Positions 17,943-27,419 of a stretch of 49,052 nucleotides of DNA are shown piece after piece. The DNA is taken from assembly GCA_025462925.1 (NCBI GenBank), contig JAOAPL010000108.1, forward strand, positions 1 through 49,052, in the 5' to 3' direction. The position numbers and the translations under genes are program-made. Source of the stretch: Acidobacteriaceae bacterium (GTDB taxonomy: Bacteria > Acidobacteriota > Terriglobia > Terriglobales > Acidobacteriaceae). The notes beneath the pieces are model-generated. The model had not been told where the DNA came from. It did not search any database and was given only the letters and a program-made list of their open reading frames with translations. The stretch's first letter is position 1. Each line of letters begins with the position of its first letter.

Positions 17943-17980
17943 CGATCTGGGGGCATCATTTCACAGATGCCCCCAGATCG
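17943..17980 (-). terminator. strong hairpin downstream of htrA (terminator-like, weak U-tract)
   Basis: Perfect 15-bp inverted repeat CGATCTGGGGGCATC / GATGCCCCCAGATCG with an 8-nt loop, 25 nt after the htrA stop. Trailing sequence on the minus strand is TTCTAGCCTGATTT. Confidence 0.45.
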
Positions 17981-18004
17981 CTAGCGTTAAGGTTTACTTT
18001 CTAG

Positions 18005-19576
18005 TTACGGAAGTGTGCCCCCCAGGAAGATGGTCCCGCTTGGCGCTCCTCGGCCTCCCTGACGAACCAGGAAGACCACGTCCTGGCCGCTCTTCAGATT
18101 TGCCTGGAGCTTGCGGAAGTCGTCTTCGTTGTTCACTGGAGCGCGATTTACTTCAAGGATCAGATCACCCCTGTTCAAGCCAACGTCTTCGGCAAAGGAG
18201 CCTGGTTTTACCTCGGTAACAACCACGCCTTTGCCACTGGGCATGTTCAACCGGTCTGCCATGTCAGAAGTTAGATTCCGCACAGAGAGCCCCATCTTGC
18301 TTGCAGTGGGCTTTTCCTCGCCTGAGCTGTCCTCATCGTCCGCACTGGCACGATCCCGGAAGAGCTTTGCACGGTCAGCGATGGTTACAGAAGCTGTGTT
18401 TTCCTTGCCGCCGCGAACGTACTCGAGCTTCACCTTGGACCCTGGCTTCCGCGACGAAATGTCATTGACCAGTTCATTGCCATCCTTGATCTTCGTTCCA
18501 TCCACGGACACGATGGTGTCGCCCGTCTTCAGGCCTGCCGCTTCCGCAGGTCCATCAGGGGTAATACTGGCAATGGTGACGCCACTGGACACGCCATAGA
18601 CTCGCGCCACGGCCGGATTCGGCGCTGCGTTGAACATTACGCCAATAGAACCGCGAGTGACTTTGTGTTCTGGACTGATGAGCTGGTTGTAAATCTCCGC
18701 AACTGTTTTGGAGGGCATCGCGAAACCAACGCCCTGAGATCCCATCGACTGCGTAAAAATAGCCGTATTGATTCCCACAACTTCAGAATTCATGTTGACT
18801 AGCGGCCCGCCAGAATTGCCTGGATTGATCGCGGCGTCGGTTTGCAGGAATGACTGAAACTGGTGGCTGTTATCGATGTTGCGGCCTTTAGAAGAGATGA
18901 TCCCAGCCGTCACCGTCTGGTCGAGGCCGAACGGGCTTCCGATCGCGAGCACCCAATCGCCAACGTCAAGTGAATCCGAGTTGCCCAGCTTGGCAAAAGG
19001 CAGAGCCTTCTTTGGTTCGATCTTAATGACTGCGAGGTCAGTTTCCCGGTCGCTGCCGATCACCTTAGCGTCATACTGCACGCCCGGAGGATCGCCGGCC
19101 AGTTGAACCCTGACGCGGTCAGCTTTTTCCACCACGTGAGCATTGGTAACAATGTAGCCCTTCGAATCCACGATCACGCCCGAGCCAAGAGATCGCTGCC
19201 GAGTTCCTTCCGGACTTTGTCCCGGGACGCCACCTTGACCACCGAAAAACCGGTCGAAGAAGTCCTGCATGGATCCTTCATCATCACCATTTCCGCCGCC
19301 CGGACTCCTCCGCCCACGCGGAGTCATCTTTACCGTCGACTCAGTGTTGATGTTGACGACAGCTGGTTCAATCGTCTTGGCGACCTTTGAGAACGCTGAC
19401 GACATTTGCTGAGGCGCTGGCATTGTGAGCTGCGCCACCTCAGCAGGGCTACTCTCTTTGCCCTTCACGCCTTTTTGAATGATTGTGCCGATCAGGATGC
19501 CAAAGACCAGCGTGGCAAAAATGATTAGTGTGGACGCAACACGGTGCGCCCTAAGTTTGGCTGAAAAGCCATTCAT
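18005..19576 (-). CDS. htrA: HtrA/DegP/DegQ-family periplasmic serine protease with two PDZ domains
   Basis: ATG 19576 with GGAGG about 10 nt upstream; the extension to 19648 is rejected. N-terminal TM/signal anchor. Catalytic contexts TNAHVV, DLAVIK, GNSGGPL. Two PDZ-like regions (GLKTGDTIVSVDG; GLNRGDLILEVN). Confidence 0.9.
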   Translation of the reverse strand: MNGFSAKLRAHRVASTLIIFATLVFGILIGTIIQKGVKGKESSPAEVAQLTMPAPQQMSSAFSKVAKTIEPAVVNINTESTVKMTPRGRRSPGGGNGDDEGSMQDFFDRFFGGQGGVPGQSPEGTRQRSLGSGVIVDSKGYIVTNAHVVEKADRVRVQLAGDPPGVQYDAKVIGSDRETDLAVIKIEPKKALPFAKLGNSDSLDVGDWVLAIGSPFGLDQTVTAGIISSKGRNIDNSHQFQSFLQTDAAINPGNSGGPLVNMNSEVVGINTAIFTQSMGSQGVGFAMPSKTVAEIYNQLISPEHKVTRGSIGVMFNAAPNPAVARVYGVSSGVTIASITPDGPAEAAGLKTGDTIVSVDGTKIKDGNELVNDISSRKPGSKVKLEYVRGGKENTASVTIADRAKLFRDRASADDEDSSGEEKPTASKMGLSVRNLTSDMADRLNMPSGKGVVVTEVKPGSFAEDVGLNRGDLILEVNRAPVNNEDDFRKLQANLKSGQDVVFLVRQGGRGAPSGTIFLGGTLP

Positions 19577-19618
19577 CGAATTGTTTCCTCCAAAAAAACC
19601 TTCTACTATGAAATGTGA

Positions 19619-19624
19619 ATTATA
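19619..19624 (-). promoter_or_regulatory. candidate -10 hexamer TATAAT upstream of htrA
   Basis: The minus strand reads GGGTATAATTCAC about 45 nt upstream of ATG 19576. No convincing -35. Confidence 0.3.
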
Positions 19625-19733
19625 CCCAGAGTGCCTGTTTACAGGCATTTATGAAAAGAATTCCAAGTATTAGATGCGCAAACCCCTGCAAATGTTAGCT
19701 GAAACGTTATTACTGAGCCTTTTCCCCCAGTTT

Positions 19734-20666
19734 TCACGCCATCTCCGCGACAACAGCCTCGTCCTTCGCCGTCGCAACGTGCCCTTTGATTTCCGAAGTC
19801 AAAATACCCGCCAGGATGAACATTGCGCCTAGCCCTGCCCTCATGCCCAGCCTCTCTCCCTCTACTAGATAAGATGTGAGCCAGGCGAAAACAGGTTCAA
19901 GCGCAAAAATCAGAGCGGTATGGGTTGGCGGAGTGAACTGTTGCGCCCATGCCTGTATGGAAAAGGCCACCGCCGTCCCTAATAACCCCGTAATCCCAAT
20001 GGCCCACAACAACTGCGGAGTCCATGTTATATAGACTCTCTCAACCAGCGGAACGGTAGCAAACATCAGCGTCGCCGCTACTGCAGTCTGCAGGAATGCG
20101 ATCCGTTCAAAGCCGTGCCTCTGGGTCGCCCGCCCGATGAAGATGATGTGGAACCCAAACGCGATGGCGCATCCCAGGGTAAGAACATCGCCGAAATTCA
20201 CGCTGCCCCAATCGCCCCAGAAAGAGGATGCACCTGATGCCGACGCTCCTGCCGGCACGGTCATGAGTACTAACCCAACAAATGCCGCCAGTACTCCCAA
20301 GGCCGTCCATCTATTTACCTTGCGCTTCCAGAACAAAGCCAGAAATACAGGTACCAGCACTACCGAGACTCCGGTAAGAAATCCGGATTTTGACGGGGTA
20401 GTCAGTTTGAGCCCGGTCGTCTGGAACTCATACCCGGCCCAGAGGAAAGCTCCGGTCAACAACCCGGCCCTAAAGACCGCGGCGTCGATTCGGCGTAGAT
20501 GTTTCCAATAGAAGACTGCCAGACAGAAAGCGGCAAACGTCATCCTGATGGAATTAAATAAGAGCGGAGAAATGTCCGTGAGGGCGTTCTTGATTACGAG
20601 AAAGGTCGCACCCCAAACGAAGGTGACGAAGACAAGCAGAAGGTGGGCTTTGAGAGAACGGGACAC
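19734..20666 (-). CDS. DMT-superfamily transporter (two EamA domains)
   Basis: 310 aa with about 10 hydrophobic helices. Duplicated EamA-like halves (VWGATFLVIK... and ...ALEPVFAWLTSYL). Confidence 0.8.
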   Translation of the reverse strand: MSRSLKAHLLLVFVTFVWGATFLVIKNALTDISPLLFNSIRMTFAAFCLAVFYWKHLRRIDAAVFRAGLLTGAFLWAGYEFQTTGLKLTTPSKSGFLTGVSVVLVPVFLALFWKRKVNRWTALGVLAAFVGLVLMTVPAGASASGASSFWGDWGSVNFGDVLTLGCAIAFGFHIIFIGRATQRHGFERIAFLQTAVAATLMFATVPLVERVYITWTPQLLWAIGITGLLGTAVAFSIQAWAQQFTPPTHTALIFALEPVFAWLTSYLVEGERLGMRAGLGAMFILAGILTSEIKGHVATAKDEAVVAEMA

Positions 20667-20693
20667 GCCAGTAGAGTACCAAACGCGCCTTTT

Positions 20694-22379
20694 TTACCTG
20701 AGCGTCTCGAGACGCTCGTATTGCTTCGCCTCGTAAACTGTTTTTCCGCCTACTACGGTGCGAAGGACTTTCGTTTTGAGAATTTCGCTCGTTGCAATAG
20801 CGGTGATGTCCCGATCCAGAACCACGAAATCCGCCAACATACCCGGCGCCAGAGTGCCCTTTTCTTTCTCCGCGAACTCCGCGTATGCCGATACGCTCGT
20901 GTAAGCCGCAATCGCCTGGTCGATACTCAGCTTCTGTTCAGGATAGTACTCAGCGGTACCCGCCTCGTTCTTACGCGTGACCGCCGCATAGATCCCGCGG
21001 AACGGCGCAATCGGCTCAACTGGATAATCCGTGCCAAATGCCAGCGGCACTCCTCCGTTCAGAAAACTCGCCCACGGATAGGAACTCTTGGCGCGTTCCT
21101 TTCCAATGCGTTCCTCCGCCCAATTCATGTCAGTAAGAAGATGGTTCGGCTGCACGGAAGCGATCACGCCGAGTTTCTTATATCGAGGAATCTGGTCCGG
21201 TTGAACTACCTGGTCATGTTCAATGCGGAAACGGAGATCATTCGGCTGCTTTGACGAGACCGCCTGTTCAAATGCATTCAGCGCCATTTCCACCCCGCCG
21301 TCTCCAATAGCGTGGAACCCAATTTGAAATCCCGCGGCCACTCGCTCCCTTACCATCTGGTTCAGTTGCTCTTGCGAAAATCGGGGTAGCCCTGAATTTT
21401 TGGGATCATCCGAATATGGGGCTAAGAGTGCCGCCGTGCGCGACCCCAGAGAGCCATCCATGAAGCCCTTCAGCATAGTCGAGTGCAACATAGGATCGCT
21501 GTGCGGGTGGTGATCGCGCATCTTTTTGAGGTTCTCGACCGACTGCCCAAATGGGAGCCATTCCGAGACTCGCAGAGTCAGCTTCCCTTCGCGCTGTATC
21601 AGTTCGAGAGCCAGGTAATCTTCCCAATCCGAATTGTCCTGCGCCGAAGTAATCCCCGACCGTGCTGCATCCTCAAGCGCCAACTCCATCGCTTTCCGAT
21701 GCTGTGCAGGCGATGCCGGCGGAACTTTGTCACGCACCAATGCCATCGCAGCATCTTCGCGCAAAATTCCCGTTGGTTCTCCAGAGGCGTCGTGGTCGAT
21801 CGCCGCGCCGCTTGGACTCGCAGTTTGCTTAGTGATTTCCGCCGCTTTTAGCGCCGCTGAATTAGCGACGGCAATGTGTCCGTCGACCCGTCCGAACATT
21901 GCCGGATGGTCGCCGGTGACTTTATCGATGTCTTGTCGTGTGGGCAGCGTCCGTCCCGGCCACTTCGTATGGTCCCAGCCTCGTCCGACGATCCATTCGC
22001 CGGGAGCCGCCGTCTTCACGCGCTTGGCGATCCGCGATTGCATCTCCGCCAGCGACTTCGACCCGACCAGATCGACGTTCATTTTCTCGAACCCACCGCT
22101 GGCCAGGTGCGCATGCGCGTCATTGAAGCCGGGCATGACGAATTGGCCGTGGAGGTCGACTACGTTCGCATTTGGACCCGCCATCTTACGAATCTCAGCA
22201 TCGTTCCCGATCGCGACTACGCGGCCATCGCGAATAGCGATCGCAGTGGGTTTCGACGACGATCCGACACTAGCTCCGCCAGCATAAATCTTTCCATTAA
22301 CAAAAATGGAGTCGTTGGTTTTCTTGTCATCCGCGTTGGCAATGGAAATCAACATGAACAGCAGCCACAACACTTTCAT
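20694..22379 (-). CDS. secreted metal-dependent amidohydrolase (Amidohydro_3 / YtcJ-like)
   Basis: 561 aa. Signal peptide MKVLWLLFMLISIANA. PGFNDAHAHL and FHAIGD metal-binding motifs and GTDYPVEP near the C-terminus. The ATG overlaps the upstream stop (ATGA). Confidence 0.85.
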   Translation of the reverse strand: MKVLWLLFMLISIANADDKKTNDSIFVNGKIYAGGASVGSSSKPTAIAIRDGRVVAIGNDAEIRKMAGPNANVVDLHGQFVMPGFNDAHAHLASGGFEKMNVDLVGSKSLAEMQSRIAKRVKTAAPGEWIVGRGWDHTKWPGRTLPTRQDIDKVTGDHPAMFGRVDGHIAVANSAALKAAEITKQTASPSGAAIDHDASGEPTGILREDAAMALVRDKVPPASPAQHRKAMELALEDAARSGITSAQDNSDWEDYLALELIQREGKLTLRVSEWLPFGQSVENLKKMRDHHPHSDPMLHSTMLKGFMDGSLGSRTAALLAPYSDDPKNSGLPRFSQEQLNQMVRERVAAGFQIGFHAIGDGGVEMALNAFEQAVSSKQPNDLRFRIEHDQVVQPDQIPRYKKLGVIASVQPNHLLTDMNWAEERIGKERAKSSYPWASFLNGGVPLAFGTDYPVEPIAPFRGIYAAVTRKNEAGTAEYYPEQKLSIDQAIAAYTSVSAYAEFAEKEKGTLAPGMLADFVVLDRDITAIATSEILKTKVLRTVVGGKTVYEAKQYERLETLR

Positions 22380-23671
22380 TCATTCACTCCGGCCAGCGCC
22401 AACACCGCCAGCATGACTCTCTTCAGTCCCAAATCCCGGCCGCTCGCGTCAAACCACTCTTGCACAGTGTGCGCGCCGCCGCCGGTACCGCCGGCCCCAA
22501 TGCTGATCGCCTCACGCCCCATTGAAAGCGGAATGTTCGCGTCCGTCGATGCCCGCCGCGTTTGCGACCGCAGATCAAGATGCGCATCCACGGCGCGAAT
22601 GACCGAAGCGATTCGCGCATCCGGCTTCAATTCCGCCGCGGGACGCTGGCCGATCAACTTGATCTCATAGCTGACGATTCCCTTTTTTGATTTCGCATCT
22701 TGCACTTCGCGGACTGCTGCCGTAACCGCTTCGCGCAATGATTTCTCCACCGCATCGATCTCCGCTGCGGATGCCGAGCGGATGTCCACCCGTATGCTGG
22801 CCGATTCCGGAATCGAATTGACTGACGTTCCACCCTGAATAACGCCAACGTTGAACGAAGTCCGAGGCTCGCTCGGTACCTGTATTTCGCTGAACTTCGC
22901 CACTGCGCGCGACAGCACCACAATGGGATTCGGAGTCCCGAAATCTGTCCACGAGTGCCCGCCGGGTCCGCGCACAACCACTTCAAACCGCTTGCTGCCG
23001 AGTGCCTGCGTAACCACAGAATCCACTCCCGCACCGTCGAGGACAATCGCTGAACCAATGCGGTCTTTCCACTTCGACTCCTGAAATAAATACCGCATCC
23101 CGCGCAGATCGCCTTCGCCCTCTTCTCCGACATTGCCCACGAACAATATCCCGGAGACATGTTTCAAAGCCGGTGTTGACTTCAACGCGGCCGCTGTCGC
23201 CAGCAATCCCATGACTCCGGCAGCGTTGTCGCTAATGCCGGGACCATACAACTTATTGCCTTCGATTCTTGTTGTGAGTGGAGTGTCGGCAGGAAAAACA
23301 GTGTCGATATGCGCAGTCAGCGCAACCAACGGGGCCTTCGGATCTGTTCCCCGACTCAAACCGACGACGTTACCGGCCTTGTCAATCTCAACCTCTTGCA
23401 GCCCAACTTCCTTGAAACGATCGTGCAACCATTGCGCCCGCGCGCCTTCGCCAAAGGGGGGCGCCGGGATCTTGACCATCGTCAATTGCAATTTGCGCAG
23501 ATCGGCTTCGTGCGACTGAAACCATTTGAACGCTTCGTGGACGGGACGCATCTCCGCAAGACGCGCAATGTCCTGCGCTTTATTGCCGGATTGAGAGAGT
23601 GCGCGTGTATTGATCGAGAGCGCCATGAGAACTAGAAAACATAGCACAACAGCGCGACGGGGTCGGAGCAT
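22376..23671 (-). CDS. secreted M20-family metallopeptidase
   Basis: ATG 23671 gives the signal-like MLRPRRAVVLCFLVLMALS; GTG 23710 is an alternative start. Zn-ligand contexts TAHIDTV, ISDNAAG, GEEGEG, GGAHT. Confidence 0.75.
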   Translation of the reverse strand: MLRPRRAVVLCFLVLMALSINTRALSQSGNKAQDIARLAEMRPVHEAFKWFQSHEADLRKLQLTMVKIPAPPFGEGARAQWLHDRFKEVGLQEVEIDKAGNVVGLSRGTDPKAPLVALTAHIDTVFPADTPLTTRIEGNKLYGPGISDNAAGVMGLLATAAALKSTPALKHVSGILFVGNVGEEGEGDLRGMRYLFQESKWKDRIGSAIVLDGAGVDSVVTQALGSKRFEVVVRGPGGHSWTDFGTPNPIVVLSRAVAKFSEIQVPSEPRTSFNVGVIQGGTSVNSIPESASIRVDIRSASAAEIDAVEKSLREAVTAAVREVQDAKSKKGIVSYEIKLIGQRPAAELKPDARIASVIRAVDAHLDLRSQTRRASTDANIPLSMGREAISIGAGGTGGGAHTVQEWFDASGRDLGLKRVMLAVLALAGVNE

Positions 23672-23773
23672 CGGGGAAACATCATAAATGGCAAACTCTG
23701 TTTTCACCACAGGGATGCAGAGGCACGAAGTAAATAAGGGCCCCGAAGCAGAAAATGCTCTTGGTTCTGGAAC

Positions 23774-23801
23774 TAGAAACCAGAAACTAGAAACGAGAAA
23801 C
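23774..23801. repeat. four tandem heptamers NAGAAAC (GTTTCTN on the minus strand)
   Basis: TAGAAAC CAGAAAC TAGAAAC GAGAAAC, immediately after the stop of the DRE-TIM lyase gene and upstream of the M20 peptidase gene. Confidence 0.8.
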
Positions 23802-23806
23802 CGTTC

Positions 23807-25057
23807 CTAGTCCGCTGCTGGAGTTCCACAGCATTCCAATATTTCACTCTCACCCAAAGTGTGGTTCGAAGCCTTGGCCTTCTGGTACACGCGCTCTACA
23901 ACGTCGTCCGTTGCGGGGATTCCACGGCGTTCGAGCCAGAAGATCACGTTTGATTTGCCCGACATCGGCCCGATGTCAATCACTTGTTCCAGCCCAAAGT
24001 ATTGCGCGGGAACTCCTGAATAAACCGTGTTCGCGAGTTCGACATCGTTTTTCTTGAAGGCCTTGATCACCGCTGCTGCGTGGACACCGGTTGCCGTCCG
24101 GAACGCATCACCGCCAAAGACGGGATAATTCAGCGGGATAGGCACACCCGTTGCTTCGGACACCACATGGCAGTAATCCTTCAACTTGCTCAAATCCTGC
24201 GATGCCCACGGATCAACGCCCATCAGTTTCAGGTTCACGAGCATCTGGTCCATCTGTGTATTGCCAACGCGCTCGCCGATGCCGATCGCCGCCGCGTGAA
24301 CGCAATCGGCTCCCGCTGCAAATGCAGCAAGCGAATTCGCCAAGGCGAGGCCGCGATCGCAATGCCCGTGCCAATCTACGCGGATCTTTTCTCCCGACGG
24401 CTTCACCACTTCGTCCATTACGAACCGGATCAGCGCAGTCACTCCGCTCGGGGTTACGTGCCCACAGGTATCGCAAATCACGATTGAGCGCGCACCGTGC
24501 TCAATCGCAGTTTTGTAGAGACGCTTGATGGTCTCCGGATCACATCGCGTCGTGTCCTCGGTCACATACATCACATCGAGCCCGAGCGATCGCGCAAATG
24601 TGACTGCCTTTTCCGTCGTGGTCAGAAGAAAATCGTCAGTCCAGTTTTCCGTGTACCGTCGGATGGGACTCGACCCTATAAACGTAGCCGTCTCGATCGG
24701 CATGCCTGTGCGCTGAACGATTTCGGCAATAGGACGAATATCGTTCTCGTGCGTTCTCGCCGCGCAATTGGCTTTGATCTTCAGTTTGGAATTGACAATC
24801 TCACTCGCCAGCCGTTCCACGTCAGCAACCGCCCTCGGTCCGGCACCCGGCAATCCCAAGTTGAGAGAATTGATGCCGAGCGTTTCCATCAAGTGCAGGA
24901 TCTCAATCTTCTTCTCGATCGGCGGGTCTTTGACAGACGGCGACTGCAATCCATCACGCAGAGTTTCGTCATTGAGAAGGATCTGACCGGCCGGCTTGAA
25001 TGTCGCGCCGGGCACGGTGTTCCAGTCGTAGATCAGATTGGAATGCTTGAGTGCCAT
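23807..25057 (-). CDS. DRE-TIM metallolyase, HMGL-like (2-isopropylmalate/citramalate/homocitrate synthase family, short form)
   Basis: 416 aa. LNDETLRDGLQS catalytic motif, HGHCDRGLALANSLAA and H-x-H type metal-ligand context (CVHAAAIGIGERVGN). No LeuA C-terminal regulatory domain. Confidence 0.7.
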   Translation of the reverse strand: MALKHSNLIYDWNTVPGATFKPAGQILLNDETLRDGLQSPSVKDPPIEKKIEILHLMETLGINSLNLGLPGAGPRAVADVERLASEIVNSKLKIKANCAARTHENDIRPIAEIVQRTGMPIETATFIGSSPIRRYTENWTDDFLLTTTEKAVTFARSLGLDVMYVTEDTTRCDPETIKRLYKTAIEHGARSIVICDTCGHVTPSGVTALIRFVMDEVVKPSGEKIRVDWHGHCDRGLALANSLAAFAAGADCVHAAAIGIGERVGNTQMDQMLVNLKLMGVDPWASQDLSKLKDYCHVVSEATGVPIPLNYPVFGGDAFRTATGVHAAAVIKAFKKNDVELANTVYSGVPAQYFGLEQVIDIGPMSGKSNVIFWLERRGIPATDDVVERVYQKAKASNHTLGESEILECCGTPAAD

Positions 25058-25090
25058 CGTCTAAATCGTATTCCTATTCGCCTGCTGGTG

Positions 25091-25945
25091 TCATCCGAGT
25101 TTGATCCACGTCGCCCTTGACTCGGCTCGCAGCGTTCCATCTTCTCCCAACAAAACTGCTTCCGATAGATGCTTCCTACCTTCTACACCTAGCGCCCAAC
25201 TCAAGAGCACGCACCTTTCGCCGACACGAACGGGCGCGATCAGCCTCGCTCCTAGTCGTCCAGTCACCAAGGTTCCTGCCGAGGCAAATCCGCCTGCAAA
25301 GCCCGTTGGACAATCCAAGGCAGCCCAGACAATCTCGTCGCGAACTCTGCCGTTTCCGTCCGCTGCTGACGAATCCGGAATCCAATGGGCGGCATAGTAC
25401 GCTCTGCCGCTCTTCTCGAGGGGTCCCGGAAAGATCCGCAGGCCATCACCCGCAGTGCGATCTGGACCACAGACAAAACAGGTTGGAAAGGGATGGTTCA
25501 TGAACGCGGGACTTTTTGCCGCCGCCCGGCTTGCCTCTTCGAACTCAACTTGGTCGATCGGCATATCTACTGCCCAGCTCAAAGGCGCAGCCTCCGCGAT
25601 CAACTCATCACCATGCTTCACCAGCACGCCAGAGTTTGCGCCGTCGCGAGAATGGATGTGCAGGTCGCGTTCAATCGGGATGGGCTTGCGCAAGGTCACA
25701 TCGGCTGGCACGCCCATGGCTGCGGAAATCAGTCCGCAGGTGAATCCGCCGTTACCCGAAGTGGGTGGACCGCAGAAACGCGATGGGACAAGAATTGTGC
25801 TGGAATCCGTCAGACTCGCCCCTTCCTGAACAACGCGCCCATCGCTTTCTTTGCGCCGACAATTCGTTTCCCCCAGCTTTTCGAGAACAGTAGATCGACA
25901 AATCCTCGCATCTGCTCCTGAAATTCGCTGCCGTATCCGTACCAC
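25091..25945 (-). CDS. hotdog-fold thioesterase (PaaI-like); start codon uncertain
   Basis: The conserved part starts near PSRFCGPPTSGNGGF and contains PTCFVCGPDRTAGDGLRI. The only canonical start is GTG 25945, 136 nt inside the upstream ALDH gene. CTG 25813 would give a CTGA overlap. Confidence 0.55.
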   Translation of the reverse strand: MVRIRQRISGADARICRSTVLEKLGETNCRRKESDGRVVQEGASLTDSSTILVPSRFCGPPTSGNGGFTCGLISAAMGVPADVTLRKPIPIERDLHIHSRDGANSGVLVKHGDELIAEAAPLSWAVDMPIDQVEFEEASRAAAKSPAFMNHPFPTCFVCGPDRTAGDGLRIFPGPLEKSGRAYYAAHWIPDSSAADGNGRVRDEIVWAALDCPTGFAGGFASAGTLVTGRLGARLIAPVRVGERCVLLSWALGVEGRKHLSEAVLLGEDGTLRAESRATWIKLG

Positions 25946-27387
25946 CAGACCTTGGGCACACTAGGCAGCAAATCTGAATCTACATACTTCGTGCGCACCA
26001 TCTCTTCCAGCCCCAATCGTCCGTGGGTTCTGCCCAGTCCGCTGGATTTCACCCCACCATGCGGTGCTTCGCTGGTGCCGAAGCAAGTCAGCACATCGTT
26101 CACCATCACAGTGCCTGCCTCGATCTTGGAAGCTATCGATTCGCCACGCGCCCGATCTCGCGTCCAAACGCTGGCGGCCAGGCCGAATTCGGAATCATTC
26201 GCTAGAGCGACAGCTTCTTCGTCGATATCGAAGCGCACGATTGGCAGCACCGGCCCAAAAGTCTCTTCGCTGAGGATGCGGGACCCCTTCACTACATCCA
26301 CCATCACAGTGGGCGCATAGAAATTTTCACCTAACTCGGAAAGCCGTTTGCCTCCGATCAGCACGCGGGCTCCCCTGGACACCGCATCGGCAACATGCGA
26401 TTCCACAATTCTCAACTGCTGCTGACTGATCATTGGCCCGACTTCCGTCTCCGCATTGTTACCCTGTCCCACGCTCAGCAATTTCGTCTTCTCCACGCAG
26501 CGCTCGACAAATCTGTCGTAGATCTTTCGTTGCACATAGCACCGCTCAACAGATAAACAGGTTTGCCCAGCGTTCATGAACGCGCCCCAGACTGCAGCGC
26601 TGGATGCCACCTCGAGGTCGGCATCTTCCAGCACGATCATCGGGTCCTTGCCGCCAAGTTCCAGGACAACTGGCAGCAACCGCTCCGCCGCTACCATGGC
26701 AATCCGTTTACCTGTAGGCACGCTTCCGATGAAGATCAACTTGTCTATAGGGGATTGCGTCAACGCAGCACCCGTCGAACCATCGCCGATCACGACTTGG
26801 AACAAATCCGCAGGCAAGCCCGCAGAATGGAACAACTCGCCGAGCTTTAATGCCGTCAGCGAAGTCAGCTCCGATGGCTTCAACACCACCGCATTTCCGG
26901 TGACCAAAGCCGACAGCACATCGCAAGCCGGAATCGAGAATGGATAATTCCACGGACTCACAATCCCAATGACGCCATGCGGCTCGCGCAATAGATAAGC
27001 GCGTTTTGTCTTCAGTGCGGGATTGCCATGTGCTACACGCTCTAGCTTGAGAAATGATTTTGCAGCTTGGATATAAAAGCGGGCTGCATCGAGGACTACC
27101 ACCACTTCGGTCAGCAGCGCTTCGACTTGGGGCTTGCCTGCTTCGAGGCTGATCTGCGCGGCAACTTCGTCCTTGTTTGCGTAAAGTGCCCGCTGAAAAT
27201 TTCGTAGCACTCGAATGCGCTCTGGGATCGAAGTCTCTCGCCAGACTTTTTGCGCTGCGCGGGCGCGGACAACAGCCTCATTCACTTGCTCCTGCGAAGC
27301 GCACTCAAACTCGCCAAGGACTTCACCAGTAGCAGGATTGGTCGAAGTCACCTTGCGGCCTGTTGTTGTGGCTACTGTCTGCGCCAT
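25810..27387 (-). CDS. NAD(P)-dependent aldehyde dehydrogenase with C-terminal extension
   Basis: 525 aa. ALDH motifs VSPWNYP, LELGGKDP and FMNAGQTCLSVER (catalytic Cys), EETFGPVLP. Extra C-terminal segment VWWYGYGSEFQEQMRGFVDLLF. Confidence 0.9.
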   Translation of the reverse strand: MAQTVATTTGRKVTSTNPATGEVLGEFECASQEQVNEAVVRARAAQKVWRETSIPERIRVLRNFQRALYANKDEVAAQISLEAGKPQVEALLTEVVVVLDAARFYIQAAKSFLKLERVAHGNPALKTKRAYLLREPHGVIGIVSPWNYPFSIPACDVLSALVTGNAVVLKPSELTSLTALKLGELFHSAGLPADLFQVVIGDGSTGAALTQSPIDKLIFIGSVPTGKRIAMVAAERLLPVVLELGGKDPMIVLEDADLEVASSAAVWGAFMNAGQTCLSVERCYVQRKIYDRFVERCVEKTKLLSVGQGNNAETEVGPMISQQQLRIVESHVADAVSRGARVLIGGKRLSELGENFYAPTVMVDVVKGSRILSEETFGPVLPIVRFDIDEEAVALANDSEFGLAASVWTRDRARGESIASKIEAGTVMVNDVLTCFGTSEAPHGGVKSSGLGRTHGRLGLEEMVRTKYVDSDLLPSVPKVWWYGYGSEFQEQMRGFVDLLFSKSWGKRIVGAKKAMGALFRKGRV

Positions 27388-27419
27388 AGAAATCAGCCAA
27401 TCTTACCTTAGCTGGATTC

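Noticed and set aside
19625-19690. Possible sigma-E-type promoter (GGAATTC-N16-TAAAC) upstream of htrA
   Set aside because: The match to the GGAACTT / TCAAA-type consensus is poor, and that consensus comes from distant taxa. Only the TATAAT hexamer is reported, at low confidence.
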